Assembly: GCA_963815455.1 (NCBI GenBank)
Contig: CAWFGO010000002.1
Span: 480,001-544,000 of the forward strand
Direction of reading: 5' to 3'
Source: an uncultured Verrucomicrobiae bacterium
Lineage (GTDB): Bacteria; Verrucomicrobiota; Verrucomicrobiia; Chthoniobacterales; UBA10450
Length of the DNA stretch: 64,000 bases
Below, piece by piece: positions 30,388-40,740 of this stretch. Both the position numbers and the translations under genes were made by a program. A model generated the notes under the pieces. It was not told where the DNA came from, did not search any database, and saw only the letters and a list, made by a program, of their open reading frames with translations. Numbering within the stretch: position 1 is the stretch's first letter; each line of letters begins with the position of its first letter.

Positions 30388-32540
30388 TAGTATTCCTCCA
30401 GTTCGGACGCGCCGTTGGTTTTCGCTGTGCTGGCGGTCTTACGTTTCCGGCTGCCGCGCCCCTTATGATCGTCCTTTTCGCGCGGTGAGTAATAGCCGTA
30501 GTAATTGGTGTAGTAATAGTAGTTCTGATCGTGCTTCAGATCGACGTTGTTCAGCACCACGCCCAGGACAGTTCCGCCAACTCCCGCGATGGCCTGCTTG
30601 ACCCGGAGGAGCATCGCTCGCGGGAACCGCCGATGTTGCACAATGATGATTGTTTGATCGACTTCGCTGGCCAGCACCGAAGCGTCGCTCACGCCGAGAA
30701 CGGGCGGCGAATCGAAGAAGACCATGTCGTAGCGCAATTTTAGCTCGGCCACGAGATCGGACATGCGCTGCGAGTTGAGAATGCCCACCGCGTCGGCCGG
30801 AAGAATGCCGCTGGGCATAAGGGAGAGGTTTTCCACTCCAGTCGGGACAATCACCTCTTCCAACCCCATCTCGGTAGTGAGATAATTGGTTAGCCCGATT
30901 TGATTGCTTTGGTCGAACAAGGTGTGTTGAACCGGGCGGCGCAAGTCCGCATCGACAATGAGCGTTGAATAACCGCCCTGGGCGGAGATAAAGGCAAGAT
31001 TGGCAATGGTGGTGGATTTGCCTTCGCCTGGTCCGCCGCTGGCCACTGAGATCGTGTTAGCGGCGGGATTTTTTCGATTGAACTCGATGTTGGTTCGCAG
31101 AATCCGATAGGCCTCGGCATCCGGCGTGTCGCCCGTTTCCTTATGGAGGACTTTGATGTTCTTCGGAATGATGGCCAGCACGGGCACGCCGAGCAGGCTT
31201 TCCACGTCCTCCATCGTCTTCACGCTGGTATCGAGATATTCAATGAAGAAGGCCAAGCCCAGTCCCACCACCAGCCCAACCAGCGCCCCGAGCATCAGGT
31301 TCAAACTGACCCGCGGACGCGCCGCGCGAGTGGGCGGCTCGGCCGGTTCTTTGACGCTAATAGCGACGCGCGGCATAGCCAATTCCATCGTCTGCGTTTG
31401 CGCGCGCATCCGGACGCTGTCGAGCAACAGCTTCTCCTTGATGTAACTGTTCTTGGCCCGGGCATAACTCGCGCTCAGGTTTTTCGAATTGAGCTGCTTC
31501 TGATTGATCTCGGTCAATCGCTTCGACAATGAATCCCGGGTCGTTTCCGCGCTCTTTAAGTTTTTCTCCATTGCGCTGCGAACGATGGCGACCTGCTCTT
31601 CGAGTTGTCGCAGATAAACCTGCTTCGTTGCCCGCAGCGCTTTCACCCGGGGATGATTTTCATCCAGGCCGGAATTCAACAGTTGCGCTTCCATGGCGAC
31701 GGCCTCCTGGAACATGGGCAGGATCTTGAGAATCGTCGGGTCTTGAATGCTGAGGGTGGGCAGCATCCTCATCAGGTCTTCGCCTTTGAGAGTTTCGATT
31801 TGTTGAAGCTGGTTCTTGAGGGTGGCGGCTTTTGTGTCCGCGTCGTTGACCTCGCCCTCCTGTTTCATCACCATGCTGTTTAGCGGCGTCACCGCGTCCT
31901 CAGTGCCCTCCGGATTAAGATCGATAATGTGTTCCTCGTCCCGAATTCGCGCCACTTCGACTGAGGCTTCGTCCACTTTCTTCTGCTGCTTCGCGACCTG
32001 CTCGTTCATGGTCCCGATGGCGCGGTTCATGATTTGTTTTTCTTCCTCCACCCGCTTGTCCTGATAGACGGAAACGATCTTGTTCGCGATATCGGCCGCT
32101 TCTTGCGGATCTTGATCGAAAACGCTGATCTGAAGGAGATCGGTATTGCGGACTTCCTCCACCTGCACCCGGTTGCGCAGCATGGCAAAACAGTTCTCGC
32201 GGGAGACACGCGGCCCTCCCTTGGCCCACTTGTCCTGCAACTTCAATTCGTCAATGACTGGGTAGAGAATGCTCGTTCGCTTGATCACTTGGAAAACAGT
32301 CGGCGCCAGTTGCGGATCGTGAATCGGCTGATTGGAATCGCCACTGAAGATGCGCGGATTTTCGGCGGTAGACTTCACCTCAATAAACACCGAGGACTGA
32401 TACTCCCGCGGCTGGAAGTAGGTGACGACCGCGGAGGTCATCAGGACGAGCAGAAAAGCAAGAAGGATCAGGATCCAGCGGACCTGAATAACCCGCCAGT
32501 AGTCGAGAAAATGCAGCTTAACTTCGTCATTGTGCGCCAT
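30387..32540 (-). CDS. polysaccharide co-polymerase / tyrosine autokinase (Wzc-like)
   Basis: Two TM segments with a coiled coil, AEAYRILRTN, GEGKST, DADLRRP, DSPP, Tyr-rich tail YYYYTNYYGYY. Confidence 0.92.
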   Translation of the reverse strand: MAHNDEVKLHFLDYWRVIQVRWILILLAFLLVLMTSAVVTYFQPREYQSSVFIEVKSTAENPRIFSGDSNQPIHDPQLAPTVFQVIKRTSILYPVIDELKLQDKWAKGGPRVSRENCFAMLRNRVQVEEVRNTDLLQISVFDQDPQEAADIANKIVSVYQDKRVEEEKQIMNRAIGTMNEQVAKQQKKVDEASVEVARIRDEEHIIDLNPEGTEDAVTPLNSMVMKQEGEVNDADTKAATLKNQLQQIETLKGEDLMRMLPTLSIQDPTILKILPMFQEAVAMEAQLLNSGLDENHPRVKALRATKQVYLRQLEEQVAIVRSAMEKNLKSAETTRDSLSKRLTEINQKQLNSKNLSASYARAKNSYIKEKLLLDSVRMRAQTQTMELAMPRVAISVKEPAEPPTRAARPRVSLNLMLGALVGLVVGLGLAFFIEYLDTSVKTMEDVESLLGVPVLAIIPKNIKVLHKETGDTPDAEAYRILRTNIEFNRKNPAANTISVASGGPGEGKSTTIANLAFISAQGGYSTLIVDADLRRPVQHTLFDQSNQIGLTNYLTTEMGLEEVIVPTGVENLSLMPSGILPADAVGILNSQRMSDLVAELKLRYDMVFFDSPPVLGVSDASVLASEVDQTIIIVQHRRFPRAMLLRVKQAIAGVGGTVLGVVLNNVDLKHDQNYYYYTNYYGYYSPREKDDHKGRGSRKRKTASTAKTNGASELEEY

Positions 32541-32610
32541 AGGGGACCCCAGAGAAGGGAAGGACTCTAGCAAAAGCCCCGCCAAAAGTAAAACCCGAAA
32601 GCGGGATACT

Positions 32611-34062
32611 TCAGAAACTCACGTTCAGCCCGCCGAAATAGCGATTTCGTGAGTATTCCCGAAAGGAGAAATCGGAAGAAATCTGGGTATGGCCGTAGCC
32701 CACATCGATGGCAAGGTTGCGCTTGATTTCGTAGCGAAGGCCGAAGGCCAGATCCACCGAATCCTCGGCGAAAGCAGGCGGCCCGGCGAAAACAAAGGGA
32801 CCGAATACGACAGGCGGCCCTTCGTCGTATTCGTCGTGAACGTAATAGAATCCCGCGGTGGCACTGATACGCCGGGTAAAGCCGTACCTGGCCTGGAGAC
32901 CGGTCCGGAACGTGGAGCGCGACTGGTTTCCCGCCACCCCCGGCTCCTCCAACGAGTACCGGTTTGTCCAACTGACGGAAGTGCGCTTGCCGACGGCGTA
33001 ACTCAAGGTCCCCTCGAAATAAGGCTGGCTGCGATCTTTGCTGTCCTTGAACGAGCGAAATTCAGCGCCGCCGCGAAGCGAAACCGTCGTGCGCGGATTA
33101 AAATTGTGCTCTATCCCGCCAAGCACCAGTTCCGTAATTGAATCTGACGATGCCTGATCGTAGCTGACAATTTGCAATCGGAGATCCGCGATCAATGTCG
33201 TTTCGGGTTTATACAGGAAGCGAAACTCGTTACCCAGAAGGTGCTCGGATCGATCGAGAAACGCTCCAAACGCGCTGCTGTCGTATTTCACCACTGTTAG
33301 CGTGTAACTGGTGGAGGTGGCGAAGCGCGGAAGCCATGCGTAATTGCCGATGAAGCGGTCCTGCGAATAAAAGTAATTTCCGTCCCGGCGATTGGTCCCG
33401 ACGTTGGCGCTGAAATCGGGCTCAGTCTGATATGAGACAAGAGCCACTGCGCTAAGGTTCAGTCGCGCACTGGCCTTGTAGACAAGAGAAAGGCCCACAG
33501 AAACATTGACGTCGTACTCCTGAAAGCTCGGGGCGGGAGTTGGAACAGGCGTGGGTCCCGGGGGCGGAGTCGGGGTTGGCGCCTGGGCCGGCGAGCGGTC
33601 GAAATAGTAGACAACCCCGGCGCTTACCCGAAGACCCATTTGCAGACGGGGATCGCCAAACTTGTAATCCAGGTCGGCGTTGGGACCCACGTAGCCGGAT
33701 CCGTTGCCACGAACATTCGTCGTGATGACATTGTCATCATATCCGCCCCGCACCGAAACCGAGAGCTGAAATGGAAACGTAGCGAATTTGCCGATTCCGA
33801 GATCGCTCCCCTCGTGGCTCTCGTCGGTTTGGCCGCTCCCAGGGACCGGAGTTGCCGCGGACTGCGGGGCCGCGCTCGCCTCCGGCGCCGGGGTTTCGTT
33901 AGGGAAAAAATTACTGAATACCCGCGCCGGCCTTGTCTCTTCATCCTCCTCGGCGGTTGGGTTTCCCTGTTCGTCTTCCGCCCGGCTGATCGCCGGCCCG
34001 GCCACCAAGGTCGCCAGCACCACCGCGATAAATCCGACTCTCGAAAACTTAAACAATGTCAC
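32611..34062 (-). CDS. EPS-associated outer membrane beta-barrel protein
   Basis: Signal peptide, GYDDNV, amphipathic beta strands, C-terminal F; lies in the wza/wzc operon. Confidence 0.75.
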   Translation of the reverse strand: MTLFKFSRVGFIAVVLATLVAGPAISRAEDEQGNPTAEEDEETRPARVFSNFFPNETPAPEASAAPQSAATPVPGSGQTDESHEGSDLGIGKFATFPFQLSVSVRGGYDDNVITTNVRGNGSGYVGPNADLDYKFGDPRLQMGLRVSAGVVYYFDRSPAQAPTPTPPPGPTPVPTPAPSFQEYDVNVSVGLSLVYKASARLNLSAVALVSYQTEPDFSANVGTNRRDGNYFYSQDRFIGNYAWLPRFATSTSYTLTVVKYDSSAFGAFLDRSEHLLGNEFRFLYKPETTLIADLRLQIVSYDQASSDSITELVLGGIEHNFNPRTTVSLRGGAEFRSFKDSKDRSQPYFEGTLSYAVGKRTSVSWTNRYSLEEPGVAGNQSRSTFRTGLQARYGFTRRISATAGFYYVHDEYDEGPPVVFGPFVFAGPPAFAEDSVDLAFGLRYEIKRNLAIDVGYGHTQISSDFSFREYSRNRYFGGLNVSF

Positions 34063-34153
34063 AGGTAAAATCGCGGTTTCTGGATTGGGCTAATGAAGGC
34101 ACAAGCATAATTTGCGCTAAAATCCGCGGCAATAGTTTTTACGGCACTTCTCA

Positions 34154-36097
34154 TCACGCAGTACTCCGGGAAAAACCAGCCGATAACGACGATTGCTTTC
34201 CGCTTTCCTGCCAGTGTCGAAGATGGGCCTCGTACATCTTTCGCAGCACCCACGACTTCGGATCCAGCGCCATCGCCTCCTGGTACATCCATTCTCCCTC
34301 GGCAAAACGGCCCATCGCGTCGTAAACGCGGGCAATCTGGATAAAGAGAATTTCATCCAACGGAGCCAGGTTGTGCGCTTTTTGCAGTTCCACCAGCGCG
34401 GTCTCCAGAAAACGATCACGCAGCAGAGGATCTTGAGCCGCGCCGCCCTGGAGCGCCAGCGAACGGCCGAGATAATAATAGAGGTTCGGATTGCTCCGTT
34501 CATGCTTTAGCCCTTCCAAAGCCAGGAGGGCCGAATCCGCCGCATACATGTCACGGAGGGCCGTGCGCGAACGTTCGGCGAAATATTCGCCCGGGAGCAA
34601 ACGGACCGCTTGAATCGCAACCACGGCGCCAATCGCCGGAAGAAGCAGGCGCCATCCCAGGATCGACATCGCCGGCCGCCGCAGCTCGCCGCCACGCTGC
34701 CTGCCACCATTGGCGAGGATGCCAAACACGAACGCGAGAAGCAGGGCATTGGCCGGAATGTGCAGACTGAAATCGAAAAGCGAGTGAACTGCCGCGGCTG
34801 AGACAGCTGCCAGGGCGCCCAGATTGAGGGCCAGCCCGTTGCTGCGCAGCGCAGGAGAAGGCGACGCCCCAATGCGCCTCGGGCCAAGGCGTTGAAATGT
34901 TTGCCATCCGTGCCGGAGGTGAAGGACTAGAAACAAAAGCAAGCCGACTGCGCCCGCCGCGCCGTACTCAGCCAGAAGCTCCAGATAATCGTTATGCACG
35001 TGGGTTGGGTCCCCCTCCACGCGCTCGCTTCGGAACAGCCGTCCATAATACAAATACGTCCCGCTGCCGGTGCCAAAAGCTGGCTGCAACCGCCATTGCT
35101 GCACCGCCGCGTCCCGCAGGTCGGCTCTCAGTGCCGCCGAAGGATCGTTCAGGTCCTGGCCCAGGACGTTGTCCGCCCGGGCGCCGAGATAATCGCTTTT
35201 GTGAATTGTCGAGACGACCAGCGCGCCAATCACAATCGCGCCCAGCACGAGCGGCACGCCTACCCGCAGGAACACCTTCGCGCTGGCACGGCGCAAAACC
35301 GTCAAGCTCAACAGACCAAACACCAGCAGACTGACGATTGCGCTCAGATACCCAGTCCGGCTCCCGCTCAGCACGACGCCGAGATAGCAAACACCGGCGG
35401 CATACGCCACCAGCAGTTTTCCCCACATCGGAGAACGGCTCCAACAGGCGATGCTCACCCCAAATGCGCCGAGAATTTCCAAGAGCCCGGCCAGATGATT
35501 GGGGCAAACGTAAAAACCACTCGCGCGCCGGCCGTAGTCGAACCTTTGCAGGAAAACAATGGGCATGAAATTATTGCCATCGGTAAACTGAATCGCGCCG
35601 ACAACGACATGGGCCATTGCCAACACGAACAGCGAAATTAAAACGAGCATTCGCGGTTTGGCGTCCGTTAGGATGCACGAGGCAAAAAGATAAACCAGCA
35701 GTGCGGCCAAAACCGAATAGAGGTCCGTGCGCGCCAGATAGGCGTCCGGCGAAAAAAAGGCCCGTCCTAGGAGGTAACCGAAAAACAGTATGGAACTGGC
35801 CAGGCAAACCTGGTCCGGCGTCGGTCGGCGGCGGCGAATGGCAAAGAGCGTCAGAACGCCGGCCAGACCCAGCAAGCCGTAGGCCGGCAGGCTAAACAAC
35901 AACCGGGTGCCGCCGATCAGCACTTGAATGACGCCCAATGCGGCGACGAAGAGCGCGATTGAAACCGCGTTAACAAACTTTCCCGGCAGGACCCTTAACG
36001 CCGCAAGTCCTCGCGACGTTGAAGCGGAGGGCGCGTCAATGTCGATCGATCGAGTGTCAGAGGATCGCAAAACGGGGAAAAAGAAAAGCCGTTGCAC
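34154..36097 (-). CDS. O-antigen ligase/Wzy family membrane protein with C-terminal TPR (start uncertain)
   Basis: RASGFYVCPNHLAG, SGSRTG, GTGSGTY, HVHNDYLELLAEYG, HSLFDFSLHIPAN. Confidence 0.88.
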   Translation of the reverse strand: MQRLFFFPVLRSSDTRSIDIDAPSASTSRGLAALRVLPGKFVNAVSIALFVAALGVIQVLIGGTRLLFSLPAYGLLGLAGVLTLFAIRRRRPTPDQVCLASSILFFGYLLGRAFFSPDAYLARTDLYSVLAALLVYLFASCILTDAKPRMLVLISLFVLAMAHVVVGAIQFTDGNNFMPIVFLQRFDYGRRASGFYVCPNHLAGLLEILGAFGVSIACWSRSPMWGKLLVAYAAGVCYLGVVLSGSRTGYLSAIVSLLVFGLLSLTVLRRASAKVFLRVGVPLVLGAIVIGALVVSTIHKSDYLGARADNVLGQDLNDPSAALRADLRDAAVQQWRLQPAFGTGSGTYLYYGRLFRSERVEGDPTHVHNDYLELLAEYGAAGAVGLLLFLVLHLRHGWQTFQRLGPRRIGASPSPALRSNGLALNLGALAAVSAAAVHSLFDFSLHIPANALLLAFVFGILANGGRQRGGELRRPAMSILGWRLLLPAIGAVVAIQAVRLLPGEYFAERSRTALRDMYAADSALLALEGLKHERSNPNLYYYLGRSLALQGGAAQDPLLRDRFLETALVELQKAHNLAPLDEILFIQIARVYDAMGRFAEGEWMYQEAMALDPKSWVLRKMYEAHLRHWQESGKQSSLSAGFSRSTA

Positions 36098-36136
36098 TAC
36101 TTGCGCAACGGCTTTTCGGAAAAAGTTGGTTTCGAG

Positions 36137-36982
36137 TTACGGATTCTGTCCCGAGGTCGGGGGATTAATGATCGCGGACCCGCCCGAGAGATCCAGGCCG
36201 TTATTGATGACCTCGCCGTAGAGAATGCTGCCACCGCTGATCACGACTTTGCGCTGGGTGGCCATCAGAATACCGCTCATCACGTTGGAGCCACCGCTCA
36301 GAGTCGGGTTCTTGCCGGATCCAACTACGTTAAACAGAACGCTGTCCCAGGTCAGACCGCCCGACAAAAGGATTTTCGAGCCGCCGGACAGTGAGAATTG
36401 GTTCGTCACATTGATGATAAATGCCTGGGTTGCCGTTCCCTGCAGGGTCACTGTCGAACCGCCGCTGAGCATGAAGTTAGTCAGTCTGAGCACGGTGCAC
36501 GATCCGGCTGAGGCCAGGATGGTCATTCCGTGGCCCGAAAGGTTGATGTTGGTCAGGCCAGCGTATTGAGGCGAAACCGGCAGAGCAAAAGCCGCGGCCG
36601 AAGCGTTCATGGCATCCATGACCGCCTGGTCCAGCAACGCATCCGTGGCCGCATCTTGAAATCTGTTACCGGTCAAGTTGCCGCCATTATGAAATGTGCC
36701 GCCCGTGTGATGATAAAGGTCTCCGTAAATGCTCGCGCCGCCGCTGAGCGTGACGTTGCCGTTTCCAGCCGCGCCGACGTCGCCCTGAATGTAAGCGCCG
36801 CCACTTTCGTTGTGGATCGAGGTGCCGCCGCCCAACGAGAATGCGCCCCAGGTCTTCGTCCGTCCGGCCAGACCCAGATCGATGCCGCACGAAGTGAACA
36901 GATCGGCCTTCGCTTCAAATGCAGTGAAGGCAGAAAGCAGCGCCACCGCGGCCAAGAGTCGTTTGCTAAGTAAAGATGTCAT
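36137..36982 (-). CDS. secreted beta-solenoid protein, ice-binding (DUF3494)-like
   Basis: Signal peptide; DLG.AG, GDVG, LDQAVMDA..A..AAFAL, FIINVT, VLFNV, GILMA; recurring LSGG(S) units. Confidence 0.55.
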   Translation of the reverse strand: MTSLLSKRLLAAVALLSAFTAFEAKADLFTSCGIDLGLAGRTKTWGAFSLGGGTSIHNESGGAYIQGDVGAAGNGNVTLSGGASIYGDLYHHTGGTFHNGGNLTGNRFQDAATDALLDQAVMDAMNASAAAFALPVSPQYAGLTNINLSGHGMTILASAGSCTVLRLTNFMLSGGSTVTLQGTATQAFIINVTNQFSLSGGSKILLSGGLTWDSVLFNVVGSGKNPTLSGGSNVMSGILMATQRKVVISGGSILYGEVINNGLDLSGGSAIINPPTSGQNP

Positions 36983-37136
36983 AGACGTTTTTCCCCCGAT
37001 TGATTTGATGCCGATTCTGGTACCTGCGTGTCTAAAGTCAAGAATAAAAAGCACTCGTTTTTGAAAATCCAAAGCCCTTTTTTCCCTCGAGAATTTGCCC
37101 TTCTCATAAAGCAATTTTCGATCCTCTGGCACCACC

Positions 37137-37207
37137 AGCGGGCAACGGGAATCGAACCCGCATGGCCAGCTTGGAAGGCTGGAACTTTACCATTAAGCTA
37201 TGCCCGC
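37137..37207 (-). tRNA. tRNA-Gly(TCC), CCA not encoded
   Basis: gcgggcatagcttaatggtaaagttccagccttccaagctggccatgcgggttcgattcccgttgcccgct forms a cloverleaf. Confidence 0.95.
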
Positions 37208-37278
37208 GCGTAATGCCAGTCCGGCTCGGACCTAAACTGCCGCGACCACGCTCAACTGCCAAGTGCTTTTTGTGTAGC

Positions 37279-37362
37279 TGTAGCGGCGGTCTCCGATCGT
37301 CGCATTTTGGATTTCCCCGTTTGGCCGAGGAGAGAATGCGACGGTCGGAGACCGCCGCTACA
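37279..37362. repeat. GTAG-type REP doublet (REPIN-like)
   Basis: tgtagcggcggtctccgatcgtcg ... cgacggtcggagaccgccgctaca; the same arm recurs at 58369-58392. Confidence 0.85.
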
Positions 37363-37427
37363 AGATGCGATGCCCCAAAATCCCGGGCCGGCTTGCTTTT
37401 CGACGGCTGCAGTCTCTACTTCGCAAT

Positions 37428-38147
37428 ATGAACCCCTGGGTTGTTCTGAGTCTTTGCCTGCTTCTCCTCACCGGCCAGATCGCCCGCGCCGATCTCACCA
37501 TTGTTCAGAAGGTCGAGGGCCTCGCCCAGCCGGGCGAGATCACCATGAAAATCAAAGGCGACAAAATGCGCATGCAGCTCTCGCCCCAGGTCACCATGAT
37601 CTTCGACGGAAAAACGGGCGAGATGACCAGCCTGATGAACGATGAAAAAAAGGCCATCCGCATTTCTGCTGACAAAATGAAAGCCGCCACCGAGATGATA
37701 AAAAAGTTTAGTCAGCAAAAAGAGACCGCGGAGAAACCGAAGTTTGTCGCCACCGGCCAAAAGGAATCGGTTAACGGCTACGAGACCGAGCAGTACGTCT
37801 ATGACGGCCCCGACTTCAAGGCCACCTACTGGATCGCGCTCAACTATCCCAATGGCGCCGATATTTTGAAACAGCTTCAGTCCATCAAGTCCGACGCCTG
37901 GAGCGCGGCCAACGCCAAATTGCCCGATTACAATGATCTGCCCGGCATCCCTCTCCGAAGCCACATGATTCTGAAAACCGGCGATCCTTCCGGCCAGGGC
38001 AACGAGATTACCACCACCATCTCTTCGATTAAGACCGATCCCCTCAGCGATGCGGAATTCACCGTTCCCGCCGATTTTACGGAGATGAAGATGCCCGATA
38101 TTTTTAGCGGCAAACACGCTCGGCCGTCGAAATCGCCCAGCCCGTAA
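37428..38147 (+). CDS. DUF4412-like secreted protein
   Basis: Signal peptide ARA-DL; KIKGDKMR, TG.KE.VNGYET..Y, F.VPADF. Confidence 0.75.
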   Translation: MNPWVVLSLCLLLLTGQIARADLTIVQKVEGLAQPGEITMKIKGDKMRMQLSPQVTMIFDGKTGEMTSLMNDEKKAIRISADKMKAATEMIKKFSQQKETAEKPKFVATGQKESVNGYETEQYVYDGPDFKATYWIALNYPNGADILKQLQSIKSDAWSAANAKLPDYNDLPGIPLRSHMILKTGDPSGQGNEITTTISSIKTDPLSDAEFTVPADFTEMKMPDIFSGKHARPSKSPSP

Positions 38148-38158
38148 ACGCGCTGGCC

Positions 38159-38770
38159 GTGGCGACCTCGTTCCTGCTCGCCTCCCGGTCGCCGCGCCGG
38201 ATCGAATTGCTCGCCGCCGCCGGTTTTCGGTTCGACATCGTCGCCCCGAATATCGCCGAACGCGACGATGTCGATTTTACCATGCGCGAGCTGACCGCCT
38301 GGAATGCGCTTCGGAAAGGGATTTCCATCGCGCGCGCGCATCCAGACAAAATCGTCCTCGCCGCCGATACTCTCGTCGCGTTGCATGACCGGATCATCGG
38401 CAAACCGGCCGATCTCGATGAAGCGCGAAAAATCCTGCGCCGTTTGAGCGGGCGAACCCACCAGGTTTGTTCCGCCGTTTTCATTTGTCATCGGGCCGCA
38501 GGAAGATCGACATCGTTTCACGAAATTTCCCAGGTCCGTTTTCGTCGCCTCACCGATGCGATGATCGACAACTATTTCGCCAAAATAAATCCGCTCGATA
38601 AAGCCGGGGCCTATGCCGCCCAGTCTGCCATCGGACGGACTCGCCGTGGCGAGGGAAGCGGCGCCGAGATCATAGAAAAAATCGACGGCTCGTTCACCAA
38701 CGTCGTCGGCCTGCCCATGGAAAAAACCGCTCTCGCCCTGGCCCAATTCGGCGTTCACCCATCCAGGTAG
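38159..38770 (+). CDS. maf: Maf family nucleoside triphosphate pyrophosphatase (10-aa insertion)
   Basis: LASRSPRR.ELL, AADTLV, GKP, LSGRTHQV, DKAGAY, GSFTNVVGLP. Confidence 0.92.
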   Translation: MATSFLLASRSPRRIELLAAAGFRFDIVAPNIAERDDVDFTMRELTAWNALRKGISIARAHPDKIVLAADTLVALHDRIIGKPADLDEARKILRRLSGRTHQVCSAVFICHRAAGRSTSFHEISQVRFRRLTDAMIDNYFAKINPLDKAGAYAAQSAIGRTRRGEGSGAEIIEKIDGSFTNVVGLPMEKTALALAQFGVHPSR

Positions 38771-38840
38771 GGACGCGCCCGTTCGACTTCGCTCAGGGCA
38801 GGCTCTCCGGTCGAAGACTCGCCGTGGCGAGCGCGTCCGA
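38766..38840. repeat. GTAG REP interrupted by nested short palindromes
   Basis: ggtagggacgcgc[ccgttcgacttcgctcagggcagg]ctctccg[gtcgaagactcgccgtggcga]gcgcgtccg. Confidence 0.65.
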
Positions 38841-39050
38841 CTAATTCTCCTCGTCCCGATCCGTGAAATCCGCCTAATCAGCGGTTTCCTCCGTCTTGCC
38901 ACGCAAATGTCACCAAAGAGCCCGCAAAAAACCTTCGAAAAGGATTGACTTTCGGGCCCGAGTTTATCAATCTCGGCATCGATAAAAAAGAACCGAGGCA
39001 AGGAGTGTCTTCCAATCGGGGGAAGCAGGAACCACAACGTTATTAATCTT

Positions 39051-40505
39051 ATGAGGAAACGGACAATGAATCAGAAATCGTGTTTCACTTTGGTCGCGTT
39101 AACCGCGCTCGTTCTGGCCGGCAGCGCCAATTTCGCCGCCGCTCAGCGTATTAACGAGGACCGGAACACCACATCGCATCACCGTGAGGACACCCTCCCG
39201 CCGATACCAGTTGTGCCGGCGGATTCGAACTGGACAGGTGGATCGGGGAACTGGGACAGCGATGCCAGTCCGGGATGGAACGGGACTGGTGTTCCGAACG
39301 CCATGGGAGCGGTCGCCAACTTCGGCGATACAGTTACCGGAACTACGACGCAGAATGTTGTGGGCGGCGTGACCGCAGGAACAATCTCGCTCACAAATAA
39401 TTCCAATAACTCCCGAACGATCACCAATACAAACGGCATCACGATGAACCAAGACGGAGGTGGGGCCGGATTCGCGACGATCAGCAATGCGAACGCTGAT
39501 ACTGGTACGAACTCTCTGCAGATTAACACCGGAATTCTCACACTTGCTGATGACCTGCTTATCAGCAACACAGGGGGTTCGACCAACACAACCGGAGCCA
39601 TCCAGATTACTTCCTCGATAGTGGGCGCCGGCAATGTAACGTTTAGCAATGCGAGCAATGCCGTATTGCAAGCTGGATCCATACGACTGCAGACGGGCGT
39701 CAACACGTTCGTTGGCTCGGTGCTTATCCAAAAAGGAACAGTAAGCTATAACCTGGCGACTGCGTTTGGTGGCGTCGGCAATGCTCTCACGCTGGGTCAA
39801 GTCGGTCAGGGCGGCGCAACCTTGATTTCTACGACGGGAGTGGGTGCCTCAAATAATATCACTGTTGCTTCGGGAACCGGGGGAACGCTAACTTTAGGTA
39901 CGGTAAGCACCGCAGCGTCCGGCGGAACATATTCAGGCGGCATTACCCTCAACGGCAATGTCAACATAACGAGTCAAAATACGAATCCCACGAATGGACT
40001 GAAGTTTACCGGTAATATTACCGGTGCGGGCGGAATTACGAAGGTTCAAACCGGCGTGGCCGTATTCAATCCTACAACAGGCGTGAATGATTATGCTGGC
40101 GGCACATCGATCAGCGCCGGACAACTCACGGTGTTGAAGGATAGCGCTCTTGGAACGGGCAACGTTAGTCTTCTGGCCAGCGGCGTCACTCTCCTACTAC
40201 AAGGCGGTGTGGCCAACGACTACATTTCCGATAACGCGACTCTGAGTATCGTCAGCGGTGCTGCGGCAAACCTGAACTTCACTGGCTCGGACAGCGTTAG
40301 TGGCTTGGTCCTTGGCGGTGTGGCGCAGACCGACGTGGGCGCCACTTACGGCTTTACCGGCAGCGGCGCGACCCATGAATTCGCGGATTTCTTCCTCGGC
40401 GCCGGCACGCTCACTTTGATTCCCGAGCCATCGACCTGGGCGATGACGATCATGGGCGCGGGCTTGCTCCTGGGCGTCCAGCGTTTCCGCCGCAAGAAAA
40501 GCTAA
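39051..40505 (+). CDS. PEP-CTERM surface protein with autotransporter-associated beta-strand repeats
   Basis: Signal peptide; G/T/N-rich repeats (NTFVGSVLI..GT, NDYAGGTSISAG.L); C-terminal IPEPSTWAM-TM-RFRRKKS. Confidence 0.9.
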   Translation: MRKRTMNQKSCFTLVALTALVLAGSANFAAAQRINEDRNTTSHHREDTLPPIPVVPADSNWTGGSGNWDSDASPGWNGTGVPNAMGAVANFGDTVTGTTTQNVVGGVTAGTISLTNNSNNSRTITNTNGITMNQDGGGAGFATISNANADTGTNSLQINTGILTLADDLLISNTGGSTNTTGAIQITSSIVGAGNVTFSNASNAVLQAGSIRLQTGVNTFVGSVLIQKGTVSYNLATAFGGVGNALTLGQVGQGGATLISTTGVGASNNITVASGTGGTLTLGTVSTAASGGTYSGGITLNGNVNITSQNTNPTNGLKFTGNITGAGGITKVQTGVAVFNPTTGVNDYAGGTSISAGQLTVLKDSALGTGNVSLLASGVTLLLQGGVANDYISDNATLSIVSGAAANLNFTGSDSVSGLVLGGVAQTDVGATYGFTGSGATHEFADFFLGAGTLTLIPEPSTWAMTIMGAGLLLGVQRFRRKKS

Positions 40506-40523
40506 TTTCACAGGTTAGGTTTC

Positions 40524-40558
40524 AAACGCCTCTTCGGAATTCCCGAAGAGGCGTTTTT
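40524..40558 (+). terminator. intrinsic terminator
   Basis: aaacgcctcttcgg-aattc-ccgaagaggcgttttt. Confidence 0.85.
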
Positions 40559-40563
40559 GCTTG

Positions 40564-40733
40564 GTGTAGAGGCCGGCGTGCCTGCCGCGCCGGAGTCTGG
40601 CGAAGGCGGGTCGCCCAAAGGGAAATTGCGCCCGACACGGGCGCCGCTACACCGGCTTTGCCGGAGAATGGTGTAGAGGCGGGCGTGTCGCCCGCAAACC
40701 AAGACATTGCGGCCGGCACGGCCGCCACTACAC
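40564..40733. repeat. GTAG REP cluster upstream of RAYT (two doublets)
   Basis: gtgtagaggc(c/g)ggcgtg.cgccc arms paired with gcgcccgacacgggcgccgctacac and gcggccggcacggccgccactacac. Confidence 0.9.
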
Positions 40734-40740
40734 TGGCAGA

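Noticed and set aside
37137..37207. tRNA-Gly (and tRNA-Tyr at 63065) as integration sites for an island or prophage
   Set aside because: No integrase and no duplicated tRNA 3' end were seen. The missing encoded CCA is common.
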